From Sulfurospirillum sp. (GTDB lineage Bacteria; Campylobacterota; Campylobacteria; Campylobacterales; Sulfurospirillaceae): a stretch of DNA of 64,000 bases. Numbering within the stretch: the first letter of the stretch is position 1; each line of letters opens with the position of its first letter. The notes under the pieces were generated by a model. It saw nothing but the letters and a program-made list of their open reading frames with translations. It had not been told where the DNA came from and made no database searches. Shown here one piece after another: positions 52,408 through 64,000 of the stretch. The position numbers and the translations under genes were made by a program. The stretch is from assembly GCA_045047115.1 (NCBI GenBank), contig JASFYR010000012.1, positions 1 to 64,000 of the forward strand, written 5' to 3'.

Positions 52408-53244
52408 CTATTTTGGCAAAGTGGCGCGATTTAAGGCTGAGAGTATCTCCTCTTCAGTGTGCCACTCCTTGCCATCAACTGTTTTTTCATTTTTGCCGGT
52501 AAGACCGTCTATGCAACCAAGGCTTAAAATATGTTCCATATACTCTTCAACCTCCTCTATGGTCGGAAGTAACTTTTTTCTTGTGAAAAATTGCAAATAA
52601 GCGATAAAACCATAAGCACCCCAGTTTGATACTGATGCGATGATGGGGTAGTCACACTCAACCACACAGGGCTCTACATGTAGAGTGTTCTTTATAAATT
52701 CTTTGAAGTTTCCCATACCTATTTCATTTCCGCCGTCACCTATGGCAAAAGTGGGCGCACTCTTCTTTGCCTGTATAAAAAGTTCATCTAAAGGAGCGGT
52801 AAACTCACCGATGTCAATGCCTTTTGAGTTGAGATACTTTCCATCTCTATTTTGCCCTGGTCTCTCTATGGAGATATGGCATATGGGATTGTACTCTTTT
52901 AGGATTTGTTTATTCTCTTTTTTCTTTGTTCCGCTAAGTGGCATATATAAAGGGGTTATATCTTTAAAATACTCCAAGCAGTATCTGTCACTCACTATGA
53001 CTGGTTTGTATCCTAGTTTTTCCAGCGCCATTGCCAAAAAGTAAGTTCCCACTGGCCCATCAGTTTCAGCGTGACCCCCGACATAAAATCCGGTATATAA
53101 AAAGATTGTTCCACTCTCAAGTTCAAGAAAATTCTCCACCGCTTTTCTACAAAACTGAGTTTCGGGATACTCTTTTTGTATAAGATCCATACCCCTTGTG
53201 GAGTAACTAAGTATGATTTTATCTACTGTTTTATTGTTTTTCAT
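52408..53244 (-). CDS. DUF4392 / D-glutamate cyclase C-terminal-like domain protein
   Basis: TGF...ETDGPVG; SIERPG; IGDGGNEIGMG; ASVSNWG. Confidence 0.85.
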   Translation of the reverse strand: MKNNKTVDKIILSYSTRGMDLIQKEYPETQFCRKAVENFLELESGTIFLYTGFYVGGHAETDGPVGTYFLAMALEKLGYKPVIVSDRYCLEYFKDITPLYMPLSGTKKKENKQILKEYNPICHISIERPGQNRDGKYLNSKGIDIGEFTAPLDELFIQAKKSAPTFAIGDGGNEIGMGNFKEFIKNTLHVEPCVVECDYPIIASVSNWGAYGFIAYLQFFTRKKLLPTIEEVEEYMEHILSLGCIDGLTGKNEKTVDGKEWHTEEEILSALNRATLPK

Positions 53245-53299
53245 GGTGGATTATTCTATAATTAAAAAGCTTAAAAACAACTACAGACAAGGAAGTAAA

Positions 53300-54067
53300 A
53301 TGCAAGCAAAAGAGTTAAGAGCCAAAATCGCAAAGGGTGAGTTTGTAAAACCGACTGCAGGGTATTGTGAAGGATTTGTACAGGCAAATATGTTTGTTAT
53401 ACCAAAAGAGCATGCCAAAAGTTTTGAAGAGTTTGCTAAACAGAACTCCAAAGCTATGCCACTTTTGGAAGTTGTAAAAAACGGATTCCACGCAAAAAAC
53501 CTGGCTGAGGGTGCAAATCTCTTAAATGAACTACCACTGTATAATATCATCGAAAACGGAAAAGTAACAAAACAGGTCCAAAGTATAGAAGAATACTATA
53601 GTAAAGATTTGGTTTTTTTTCTTATAGGGTGTAGTTTTACTTTCGAGACCTCTTTATTGAAAGCGGGCATAAATCTAAGGCATGTAGAGCAAAATGTCAA
53701 TGTCTCGATGTATAGTACAAATATAAAATTAAATCCTGTTGGCATCTGGAGAGGAGATATGGTTGTCTCTATGCGTCCAATCGCAAAAGAGAGAGTAGCT
53801 GATGCCTGCGTGGTGACGAGCCACTATCCAAATATGCACGGAACTCCCATACAAGTAGGCTATCCCGAGATGATAGGCATAAAAGATATAAACAAACCCG
53901 AATACGGTGATCCTGTAGAGATAAAAAAAGATGAAATCCCACTCTTTTGGCCCTGTGGCGTGACACCTCAAAATGCCCTGCTGGATGTCAAACTTCCTTT
54001 TGCCATCACTCACGCACCCGGACATATGTTTGTCTCAGATAGAAAAGATGAGGAGTTTTATGTTTAG
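53300..54067 (+). CDS. DUF1445/UPF0317 putative hydro-lyase (D-glutamate cyclase family, YcsI-like)
   Basis: TAG...GFVQAN; FLIGCSFTFE; MVVSMRP; HGTP; FWPCGVTPQ; ITHAPGHMF. Confidence 0.9.
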   Translation: MQAKELRAKIAKGEFVKPTAGYCEGFVQANMFVIPKEHAKSFEEFAKQNSKAMPLLEVVKNGFHAKNLAEGANLLNELPLYNIIENGKVTKQVQSIEEYYSKDLVFFLIGCSFTFETSLLKAGINLRHVEQNVNVSMYSTNIKLNPVGIWRGDMVVSMRPIAKERVADACVVTSHYPNMHGTPIQVGYPEMIGIKDINKPEYGDPVEIKKDEIPLFWPCGVTPQNALLDVKLPFAITHAPGHMFVSDRKDEEFYV

Positions 54068-54295
54068 TAAATTGATGGTAGAAATGTAGTTAAAAAAGGT
54101 ACAAAAGTTATCAAAAGCAGATCAAAGATCATGATAAGCAAAAAGAGATCTATCGCCAACAAAAAGCATACTTGAGAGTATGGATGGGGGAAATAAACAA
54201 AGAACACTCTTTTTAGAAGAGGTAATCTGGCACTTTTGGGCACAGTAACATTTTTAAACTCTTGAAGTACCGTAAAATAGGGGTTTGAAGTGTAG

Positions 54296-54385
54296 TGGCC
54301 GGGAGAAGGAGATTCGAACTCCTGGAGGTGTTACCCTCGCCGGTTTTCAAGACCGGTGCATTAAACCAAGCTCTGCCATCTCCCG
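54296..54385 (-). tRNA. tRNA-Ser(TGA)
   Basis: Acceptor CGGGAGA/TCTCCCG-GCCA; CCGGT-CTTGAAA-ACCGG; long variable arm. Confidence 0.95.
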
Positions 54386-54466
54386 ACAATGTTAAAAGTG
54401 AGTTCTGATATAAAAATCAAAACAAAAAAGATTCTTAATAAACCAAACACCAAATTCTCGACAATA

Positions 54467-54541
54467 TGGAGGCGACACCCGGATTCGAACCGGGGATCAG
54501 AGCTTTGCAGGCTCCTGCCTTAGCCACTTGGCTATGTCGCC
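54467..54541 (-). tRNA. tRNA-Cys(GCA)
   Basis: GGCGACA/TGTCGCC-TCCA; anticodon loop CTGCAAA. Confidence 0.96.
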
Positions 54542-54568
54542 ATCTCAAAGCCTATCCAAATTATCTGG

Positions 54569-54656
54569 TGGTGCCCGGAGCCGGACTTGAACCGGCACGC
54601 TCGCAATGAGCGAGGGATTTTAAGTCCCTTGCGTCTACCAATTCCGCCATCCGGGC
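54569..54656 (-). tRNA. tRNA-Leu(TAA)
   Basis: GCCCGGA/TCCGGGC-ACCA; AGGGA-CTTAAAA-TCCCT; long variable arm. Confidence 0.96.
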
Positions 54657-54689
54657 AAACGACTATCAAATTTCTCTTTTTAAAATAAA

Positions 54690-54764
<75 letters not shown>

Positions 54765-54782
54765 ATTTAAAAATGAGACGAA

Positions 54783-54791
54783 ATTATATCA
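54783..54791 (-). promoter_or_regulatory. extended -10 promoter of the Gly-Leu-Cys-Ser tRNA cluster
   Basis: TGaTATAAT on the minus strand, 18 nt upstream of tRNA-Gly. Confidence 0.75.
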
Positions 54792-54870
54792 ATTATTTGC
54801 TAAAATGTAAAGGGTTAAAATAGTATAAAGCACTAAAAGCTTATAATTACAGAAAAATTAAAGGAAAACC

Positions 54871-56556
54871 ATGCGTAGTGATCAAGTAAAAAAAGGTTAT
54901 GACAGGGCACCTCACAGGAGCTTGTTTCGTGCAACAGGAGTTAAAAATGAGGATTTTGACAAGCCGTTTATCGGCGTGGCAAACTCTTTTATAGAGATTA
55001 TTCCCGGACACTTCTTTTTGAACAAATATGGTGAAATTATTAAAGATGAGATAAGAAAAAATGGTTGTATTCCTTTTGAGTTTAATACTATCGGTGTAGA
55101 TGATGGTATCGCTATGGGTCATGATGGTATGCTCTACTCTCTTCCAAGTCGTGAGCTTATCGCTAACTCTATAGAGACTGTTATGAATGCACACAAACTT
55201 GATGCGATGATATGTATGCCAAATTGCGATAAGATAATCCCCGGTATGATTATGGGAGCTCTTAGAGTAAATGTTCCGACTGTTTTTGTCAGCGGAGGAC
55301 CTATGAAAAAAGGCTACATAAAAAATGGTCAGCCGATAGACTTAGCAACTGCTTTTGAAGCAGTAGGACAGTTTGAAAAAGGTGACATCACAGAGGATGA
55401 ACTCACAGAGATAGAGTGCAATGCCTGCCCAAGTGGTGGAAGTTGCTCAGGAATGTTTACTGCAAACAGCATGAATACCCTGATGGAAGCCATGGGCATA
55501 GCACTCCCGGGAAATGGCACTATCCCTGCTCTTACTCCCCAGAGAGAAGTGCTTATACGAAAAGCTGCAAAAAGAGTTTGTGAGATAGCGCTTGATGAAA
55601 AGTTTAACTTTAGAAATATACTAAATGAAAATGCAGTAAGAAATGCTTTTGCTATAGATATGGCTATGGGCGGAAGTACAAATACGGTCCTTCACATGTT
55701 GGCGATAGCAAAAGAAGCAGGTGTAAACTTCAATATAGCAGACATCAATGCTATCAGCAAAAAAGTTTCTCATATAGCAAAAATTTCTCCATCTCTGCCA
55801 AATATTCATATGGAAGATATAGATAGGGCCGGTGGTGTAAATGCCGTGATGAGCGAAATTGGCAAGATGAATACAGATGCTCTGCATGTAGATAATCTGA
55901 CAGTTACAGGGGAGAGTATAGGCGAGAGAATAGCTAATTCACCTATCATAGACGAGAGTGTTATACATTCACTTGCCAACTCGTACTCTAAGGTTGGAGG
56001 CCTGGCTATACTGTTTGGCAATCTGGCAGAAGAAGGCTGTGTCATTAAGACTGCAGGCATAGTGGGCGAGAGAACTTATAGAGGAAAAGCAGTTTGTTTT
56101 GATTCTCAACAAGAGGCGATAGCAGGCATAGTAGGTGGAAAAGTAAAAAAAGGTGATGTAGCAGTCATCAGATACGAGGGTCCAAGAGGCGGTCCTGGTA
56201 TGCAAGAGATGTTGAGCCCGACAAGTTTGGTCATGGGTATGGGGCTTGGTGCCGATGTTGCGCTTATAACAGACGGAAGATTTAGTGGGGCAACAAGGGG
56301 TCTAAGCATAGGTCATGTATCTCCTGAAGCTGCTGAGGGTGGTATGATAGGACTTCTTCAAGACGGAGATATCATACACATAGATGTAGATAAATATATA
56401 CTTGAAGTTGAACTAAGTGATGAAGAGATAGCAAGAAGAAAGGCAAATTTCAAGCCAAAAGTAAAAGACATAAAAGGTAGCTGGCTCAAGCAGTATAGAC
56501 AGCTTGTCAGCAATGCAAGCAACGGTGCGGTTCTGAAAACGGAATTTGATGACTAA
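54871..56556 (+). CDS. ilvD: dihydroxy-acid dehydratase
   Basis: [43 protein letters not shown]. Confidence 0.98.
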   Translation: MRSDQVKKGYDRAPHRSLFRATGVKNEDFDKPFIGVANSFIEIIPGHFFLNKYGEIIKDEIRKNGCIPFEFNTIGVDDGIAMGHDGMLYSLPSRELIANSIETVMNAHKLDAMICMPNCDKIIPGMIMGALRVNVPTVFVSGGPMKKGYIKNGQPIDLATAFEAVGQFEKGDITEDELTEIECNACPSGGSCSGMFTANSMNTLMEAMGIALPGNGTIPALTPQREVLIRKAAKRVCEIALDEKFNFRNILNENAVRNAFAIDMAMGGSTNTVLHMLAIAKEAGVNFNIADINAISKKVSHIAKISPSLPNIHMEDIDRAGGVNAVMSEIGKMNTDALHVDNLTVTGESIGERIANSPIIDESVIHSLANSYSKVGGLAILFGNLAEEGCVIKTAGIVGERTYRGKAVCFDSQQEAIAGIVGGKVKKGDVAVIRYEGPRGGPGMQEMLSPTSLVMGMGLGADVALITDGRFSGATRGLSIGHVSPEAAEGGMIGLLQDGDIIHIDVDKYILEVELSDEEIARRKANFKPKVKDIKGSWLKQYRQLVSNASNGAVLKTEFDD

Positions 56557-57187
56557 TTTTTTTGATCTGCTTTTGCAAGATACGATAACCATGATGGCTA
56601 TAGTTGATCCTTTGGGAGTGAGTGCCATCATGCTCTCATTGCTTAGTGATAACTCCTCTAAAGAAGAGATATCCAAGATAGCATTAAAATCAACACTTAC
56701 CATTATCATCGCTTTTTTTGTGGTGTTGGTCAGCGGAAATTTCTTGCTCAAGCTTTTTGGCATAGAGATAGATTCACTCAAAGTTATGGGTGGAATTGTT
56801 TTGCTTTTGATGGCGATAAAGATGGTAAATGGCTATATAGAATCCAAAAATCAGACAAAAGAGGAGAGAGTTGAAGCGAAGGAGCATGAGGATTTTTCTA
56901 TCATACCGCTGGCGATACCCATAACTTTTGGGCCGGGAATTTTTGCTACTATACTGATACTGAGAAATCAGAGTGATAGCGTGGCTTCTTTGTCTGCTTT
57001 TGTATTAGGATTTCTTATCGTTGCCTTGAGTGTTTATCTCTCTTTTAGAAATAGTGTCTATATAAAAAAATACCTTGGAATCACAGGCTCCAAAATCATA
57101 ACCAGACTTATGGGGCTTATAGTGGGCGCTATTGCTGTTCAGTTTATAGTCGCGGGATTAAGCGTGCTTGTGAAGGAGTATATGTGA
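56549..57187 (+). CDS. MarC family membrane protein
   Basis: [24 protein letters not shown]. Confidence 0.92.
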   Translation: MTNFFDLLLQDTITMMAIVDPLGVSAIMLSLLSDNSSKEEISKIALKSTLTIIIAFFVVLVSGNFLLKLFGIEIDSLKVMGGIVLLLMAIKMVNGYIESKNQTKEERVEAKEHEDFSIIPLAIPITFGPGIFATILILRNQSDSVASLSAFVLGFLIVALSVYLSFRNSVYIKKYLGITGSKIITRLMGLIVGAIAVQFIVAGLSVLVKEYM

Positions 57188-57390
57188 ACCAGGGCGGATG
57201 GACTTGCCCGCATGATATAAGCGGAATCTGTGACATCATCAAAAAAGAGTGCGATCCGGGTGATAGAGGTTGTGTTCTGTACGGTAAAGTAAAATTTTCA
57301 GATGAAAGCTCTCCATCAAATGAGGCTTTTGAGCAAAGAATGAAAAGAAAAATGGAAAAACTTCAAATTGAGTTGCATAGGGATGGTTAA
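57184..57390 (+). CDS. small Cys-rich hypothetical protein
   Basis: GTG start overlapping the MarC stop, AAGGAG RBS; WTCPH-x4-C-x6-C-xPG-x2-GCVL. Confidence 0.7.
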   Translation: MNQGGWTCPHDISGICDIIKKECDPGDRGCVLYGKVKFSDESSPSNEAFEQRMKRKMEKLQIELHRDG

Positions 57391-57399
57391 CATCCCTAT
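57377..57399. terminator. hairpin between convergent transcripts
   Basis: ATAGGGATG-GTTAA-CATCCCTAT. Confidence 0.6.
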
Positions 57400-57492
57400 A
57401 TCAAAGGAGATTGTTTTTGAATTTCTTCAAACCCAAATCAAGAATCACTTTTGTGGTCCCTGATTTGGGTTTGAAGTTACGCGCAGAACATA

Positions 57493-57588
57493 CTACGCAA
57501 GGACTGCATAAGCAAATGCAACTAGACCGATAACGGCAACAAAATCAAAAATACCTAATACTTGAATTGGGTTTAGTTTTGAGAACAT
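57493..57588 (-). CDS. 31-aa single-TM small protein (not in the ORF track)
   Basis: MFSKLNPIQVLGIFDFVAVIGLVAFAYAVLA*; AAAGGAG 5 nt before the ATG; TATAAT at 57615-57620. Confidence 0.75.
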   Translation of the reverse strand: MFSKLNPIQVLGIFDFVAVIGLVAFAYAVLA

Positions 57589-57845
57589 TTTAGCTCCTTT
57601 AAAATAATTTCGGAATTATATATAAATAATGCTTAAAAAATAATAAAAACAAATGAATTTTAACTCATAATTTTAATAGTGTAACAATTTTACACTATTT
57701 TTTCTTAAAGAATTTACTAAATATTCTTATTTTGTTAATAATTTATTTATAGATATGACAAAAACAGGGATGAATATGATAAAAAACCTCTGTTTTTCTT
57801 ACTTTTTGACAAAAACAGAGGTTTTGTAAAGTTTTTTAAGATATT

Positions 57846-59126
57846 TTAATTTTTTTCCATAATGCTTAGAATTATATTGTCTGTCTCTTTCATTCCGGTT
57901 TTTGCCAGTATGCCTATGTTGTTTATAGTCTCTTCTATATCTCTGCCTACTATGCCCTCTCCACTGTGAAGTGCTCTATGAGAGAGAGCTAGCATTGAGG
58001 AGTCAAAGGCGGTATATACACCAGTAGCAATCTTCATAGCACACGATGCTTTTGCGCCATCACAAATAACCCCGGAGATATTTCCCAAAGAGTTTGTGAC
58101 AGCCATAGATACGCTCTCATAGTTACCATCTTCTACAAATACCAATGCACCGCTTACAGCACTTGTAGCACATATGACACCACAAAATGCGGAGAGTCTC
58201 CCTATACTGGATTTTAGATGTATCGTAGTCAGATGTGAGAAAAAGAGTGTTCGAATGAGGGTTTCATGAGATTTGCCCTGATCTATACAATACCTTATGA
58301 TAGGCAAAGAGGCCGCCATGCCTTGGTTTCCACTTCCGCTTGTAGTCATTACAGGTAAAGAACATCCGCTCATTCTGGCATCACCTCCTGCTGAAGCAAA
58401 ACTTGCACATCTGTTTCTTTGGTCATCTCCGTATAGCCCTTTTTGTATGTTTTTGTTTATCATACAACCTATGTTTATGCCGTATTTTCCATCAAGCCCT
58501 GCTTTTGCTATTTTGCTGTTTCGCTCAATCACCAAGTCAAACAGATCTTTGATGAGATCAATGTCAATGCTTTTGGCAAGCTCGTATATGCCTTTTACGC
58601 TTAGTTTTTCTCGCTCTTCATAAGGCGTGCTGAACTCTGCATCATTGCAAGCCCTGTTTATGATATTTTTGCCGTTTTTTTCTATTTTTGTTATATTTGT
58701 ATGTAGATGTTTGATCTCTACCATCGCACTTTCATCTCCGCTGTAAACAATAGCTTTTGCATATAGTGGTATATCGGTTTTGTCATGGATGACTTTGATG
58801 AGATCTCTATCTAAAAAAGCCTTGACTTCTTTCAAATCTTCATCTTTGATATGACTTATGACCATCAGCTCTCTTGAGGCATCGCCTTTGATAGCTCCCA
58901 TCGCACAAGCTGCCTCTATGCCTATCAGACCACCTGCATTTGGAATGTTCACGGATTTTACATTTTTTATCATATTACCAGAAACATATATGTCTAATTT
59001 CTCGGGTTTTGTACCTAAAATTTCAACTGCTTTTGCGCAGACATAAGCTAAAGCTATGGGCTCCGTACAACCTTGTGCAGGAACTATCTCCTCTTTTAAT
59101 AAATCAAGTATGCTTTGTGTTGTCAT
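57846..59126 (-). CDS. L-cysteine desulfidase / serine dehydratase alpha family (UPF0597, CyuA-like)
   Basis: PAQGCTEPIA; DARMSG; SGSGNQG; GRLSAFCG; CDGAKASCAMK. Confidence 0.9.
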   Translation of the reverse strand: MTTQSILDLLKEEIVPAQGCTEPIALAYVCAKAVEILGTKPEKLDIYVSGNMIKNVKSVNIPNAGGLIGIEAACAMGAIKGDASRELMVISHIKDEDLKEVKAFLDRDLIKVIHDKTDIPLYAKAIVYSGDESAMVEIKHLHTNITKIEKNGKNIINRACNDAEFSTPYEEREKLSVKGIYELAKSIDIDLIKDLFDLVIERNSKIAKAGLDGKYGINIGCMINKNIQKGLYGDDQRNRCASFASAGGDARMSGCSLPVMTTSGSGNQGMAASLPIIRYCIDQGKSHETLIRTLFFSHLTTIHLKSSIGRLSAFCGVICATSAVSGALVFVEDGNYESVSMAVTNSLGNISGVICDGAKASCAMKIATGVYTAFDSSMLALSHRALHSGEGIVGRDIEETINNIGILAKTGMKETDNIILSIMEKN

Positions 59127-59217
59127 TTTTTTCTCATTTTTTGGTTTAGTTGTTCTGCGTACACATTTTATCATAATCAAGATATTATGTAAATTGAGAT
59201 ATAATCACGGTTATTAA

Positions 59218-62446
<3,229 letters not shown>

Positions 62447-62447
62447 T

Positions 62448-63107
62448 CTATCTTGTTTTGCCCTTTACTACAGGCACAAAGAGGCAGTCGTCCAATTCCT
62501 CTTTTTTGATAGAATCTGCTGTTTTTGTAAATCTTGTAATAATCTGTTTTTTGTTTTTTTCAATGGGTGCTACCAAGATGCCACCTGTCTTTAATTGTTC
62601 AAACAGTTTATTTGGTATCTCTTCTATGGATGCAGAAAATAAGATTCGATCAAATGGAGCATATTCTCTCCAGCCGTTTTGACCGTCATCATATCTTACA
62701 TTTATGTTGTGAATGCCCAGAGTCTTAAATCTCTCTTTTGCCTCTTTTGCCAATCTTTCAACTCTCTCTATGCTAAAGACTCTACGAATCAATTTACTTA
62801 AAATCAGCGCCTGATATCCACTTCCGCACCCTATTTCAAGCACGCTGTCGGCACCTCTGCATGTAAGTGCTTCACTCATCTTTGCAACTGTTAGGGGAGA
62901 GCTTATCCATTGGTCTGCAACCAGAGGTAAAGCATCTAGTTTGTAGGCATGTCTGCCAAAACCTTTTGGTACAAAAAGCTCTCTTTCACTGTTGGCAAGT
63001 GCACTGTAAACACTTTTGTCAATATTGCATATTTTTTCTATCTCATCAGCCATTTTTTTAGATTTTTCAAGCCTCATTTTCAGGGCAAAACTGTCAATTT
63101 TTGTCAT
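62448..63107 (-). CDS. pcm: protein-L-isoaspartate O-methyltransferase
   Basis: RELFVP; QWISSP; VLEIGCGSGYQA; APFDRI; FVP. Confidence 0.95.
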   Translation of the reverse strand: MTKIDSFALKMRLEKSKKMADEIEKICNIDKSVYSALANSERELFVPKGFGRHAYKLDALPLVADQWISSPLTVAKMSEALTCRGADSVLEIGCGSGYQALILSKLIRRVFSIERVERLAKEAKERFKTLGIHNINVRYDDGQNGWREYAPFDRILFSASIEEIPNKLFEQLKTGGILVAPIEKNKKQIITRFTKTADSIKKEELDDCLFVPVVKGKTR

Positions 63108-63832
63108 TATAATCCTACATCCATATATCTTCTCATCTTTTTTATCAAATTTTTATCAAATTTTGCACTAAGCATTTTTAGCGCATCATCTTCAATACAC
63201 TTCCCAAAAGGATCTATTATGCAGCTAGCCGATGCCATATCTTTATCGCTACTGTTGGAAATTATAACAAAGCATTGGTTTGCAATACCAAGAGCAATAC
63301 CCAGAGCCTTCAGTTGAGACTTTCTTGGTCTACCCCAATATGATGGTATCAAAATTATATCAGAGCCTCTTAATTTTTGCCATAAATCTATAAATCTAAG
63401 CTCAAAACAGATGAGAAGTGAAACTTTTATCCCATCTATATCGATTATCTTTATATCTTCCGCATCCCCGCTTTTAAAATAGTTCTGCTCATCTCCTAAC
63501 TTAAACAGTTTTGTTTTTGCCCTAGAATAAATCTCCCCTCCGTTTGCAAAAATCTTGGCGTTGTTAAAAAACTTTCCACCCTCTTTTTGTATCATTGTTA
63601 AAGATAAAATTCTCTTCTTTGAGAACTCTTTTAGCTTCGGCAATACTTTTTGTGAAAACTCTGCGCTTTTATTTAAATCGTCATAACTATAGGCACTAAG
63701 GCAGAGTTCCGGTGCCAAGACAAGAGAGTTTTTTTTGGTTTTTCGTATAAGAGAACCAAGAGTTTCAAAGTTTTCTTCAAAACTCTTGGTTGCATAATCA
63801 AATTGTAGTGAAACTAGACTAGAAATCGTCAA
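63107..63832 (-). CDS. carbon-nitrogen hydrolase (nitrilase family)
   Basis: APELC; K.KLF; ICFELRF; E-K-C triad. Confidence 0.9.
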   Translation of the reverse strand: MTISSLVSLQFDYATKSFEENFETLGSLIRKTKKNSLVLAPELCLSAYSYDDLNKSAEFSQKVLPKLKEFSKKRILSLTMIQKEGGKFFNNAKIFANGGEIYSRAKTKLFKLGDEQNYFKSGDAEDIKIIDIDGIKVSLLICFELRFIDLWQKLRGSDIILIPSYWGRPRKSQLKALGIALGIANQCFVIISNSSDKDMASASCIIDPFGKCIEDDALKMLSAKFDKNLIKKMRRYMDVGL

Positions 63833-64000
63833 AAGATAAGCTTCCTTTACTGTAATTTGCTACATTTCCCTCAAAAAAGTTTGTTTTTTGTTCATTAAAC
63901 TTTGAAAAGTCGTCCACCCACTTGATGGGATGACTTGCGTTGTAGATCTTTTTAAATCCAACTGCACCTAATCTGTCATCTATGAGATAGTGTATATACT
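63819..64000 (-). CDS. nrdB: ribonucleotide reductase beta subunit, 3' end (partial)
   Basis: Manual translation [10 protein letters not shown]...HPIKWVDDF...[15 protein letters not shown]...FDDF*. Confidence 0.9.
   Translation of the reverse strand, partial: YIHYLIDDRLGAVGFKKIYNASHPIKWVDDFSKFNEQKTNFFEGNVANYSKGSLSFDDF

Noticed and set aside
54068..54295. Coding-like purine-rich stretch between the DUF1445 gene and tRNA-Ser(TGA)
   Set aside because: Only short broken frames; I cannot assign a parent gene and see no att repeat.
57417..57533. 38-codon plus-strand frame (TTG start) behind AAAGGAG, antisense to the 31-aa ORF
   Set aside because: It runs through a strong hairpin and has no visible promoter; the AAAGGAG is better explained as an anti-SD on the opposite strand.

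Overview
Core chromosome segment of a Campylobacterota (epsilonproteobacterial) bacterium. The gene order resembles Sulfurospirillum, but that placement is an inference. The window spans the replication origin (thyX-ruvC-[oriC1]-dnaA-[oriC2]-dnaN-gyrB). It also holds a polysulfide/thiosulfate reductase operon (psrABC), secG-frr-pyrE, typA, a sigma-54 flagellar hook cluster (fliK-flgD-flgE-flgE2), queF, SRP RNA, five tRNAs, a ModE-type regulated modABC operon, several c-di-GMP and two-component genes, ilvD, pyrG, recJ, pcm and the 3' end of nrdB. The main points of interest are: (1) DnaA has a His-to-Tyr change in its DNA-recognition motif (KDYTAVSH), and several origin boxes read TT(A/T)TTCATA instead of ...CACA; (2) an unannotated 31-aa hydrophobic ORF has its own promoter, and its 3' UTR can pair co-linearly with its SD and first codons, as in type I toxin mRNAs; (3) a 1.2 kb integrase-less islet at tRNA-Ser(GGA) carries an MNT-HEPN toxin-antitoxin pair and a decayed 3' half of tRNA-Sec; (4) a tightly coupled REC-PilZ / ODP di-iron / binding protein / kinase / REC-HD-GYP signalling operon; (5) a split D-glutamate cyclase-like gene pair sits beside a D-amino acid transaminase. 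All calls come from reading the sequence by eye; no database searches were run.
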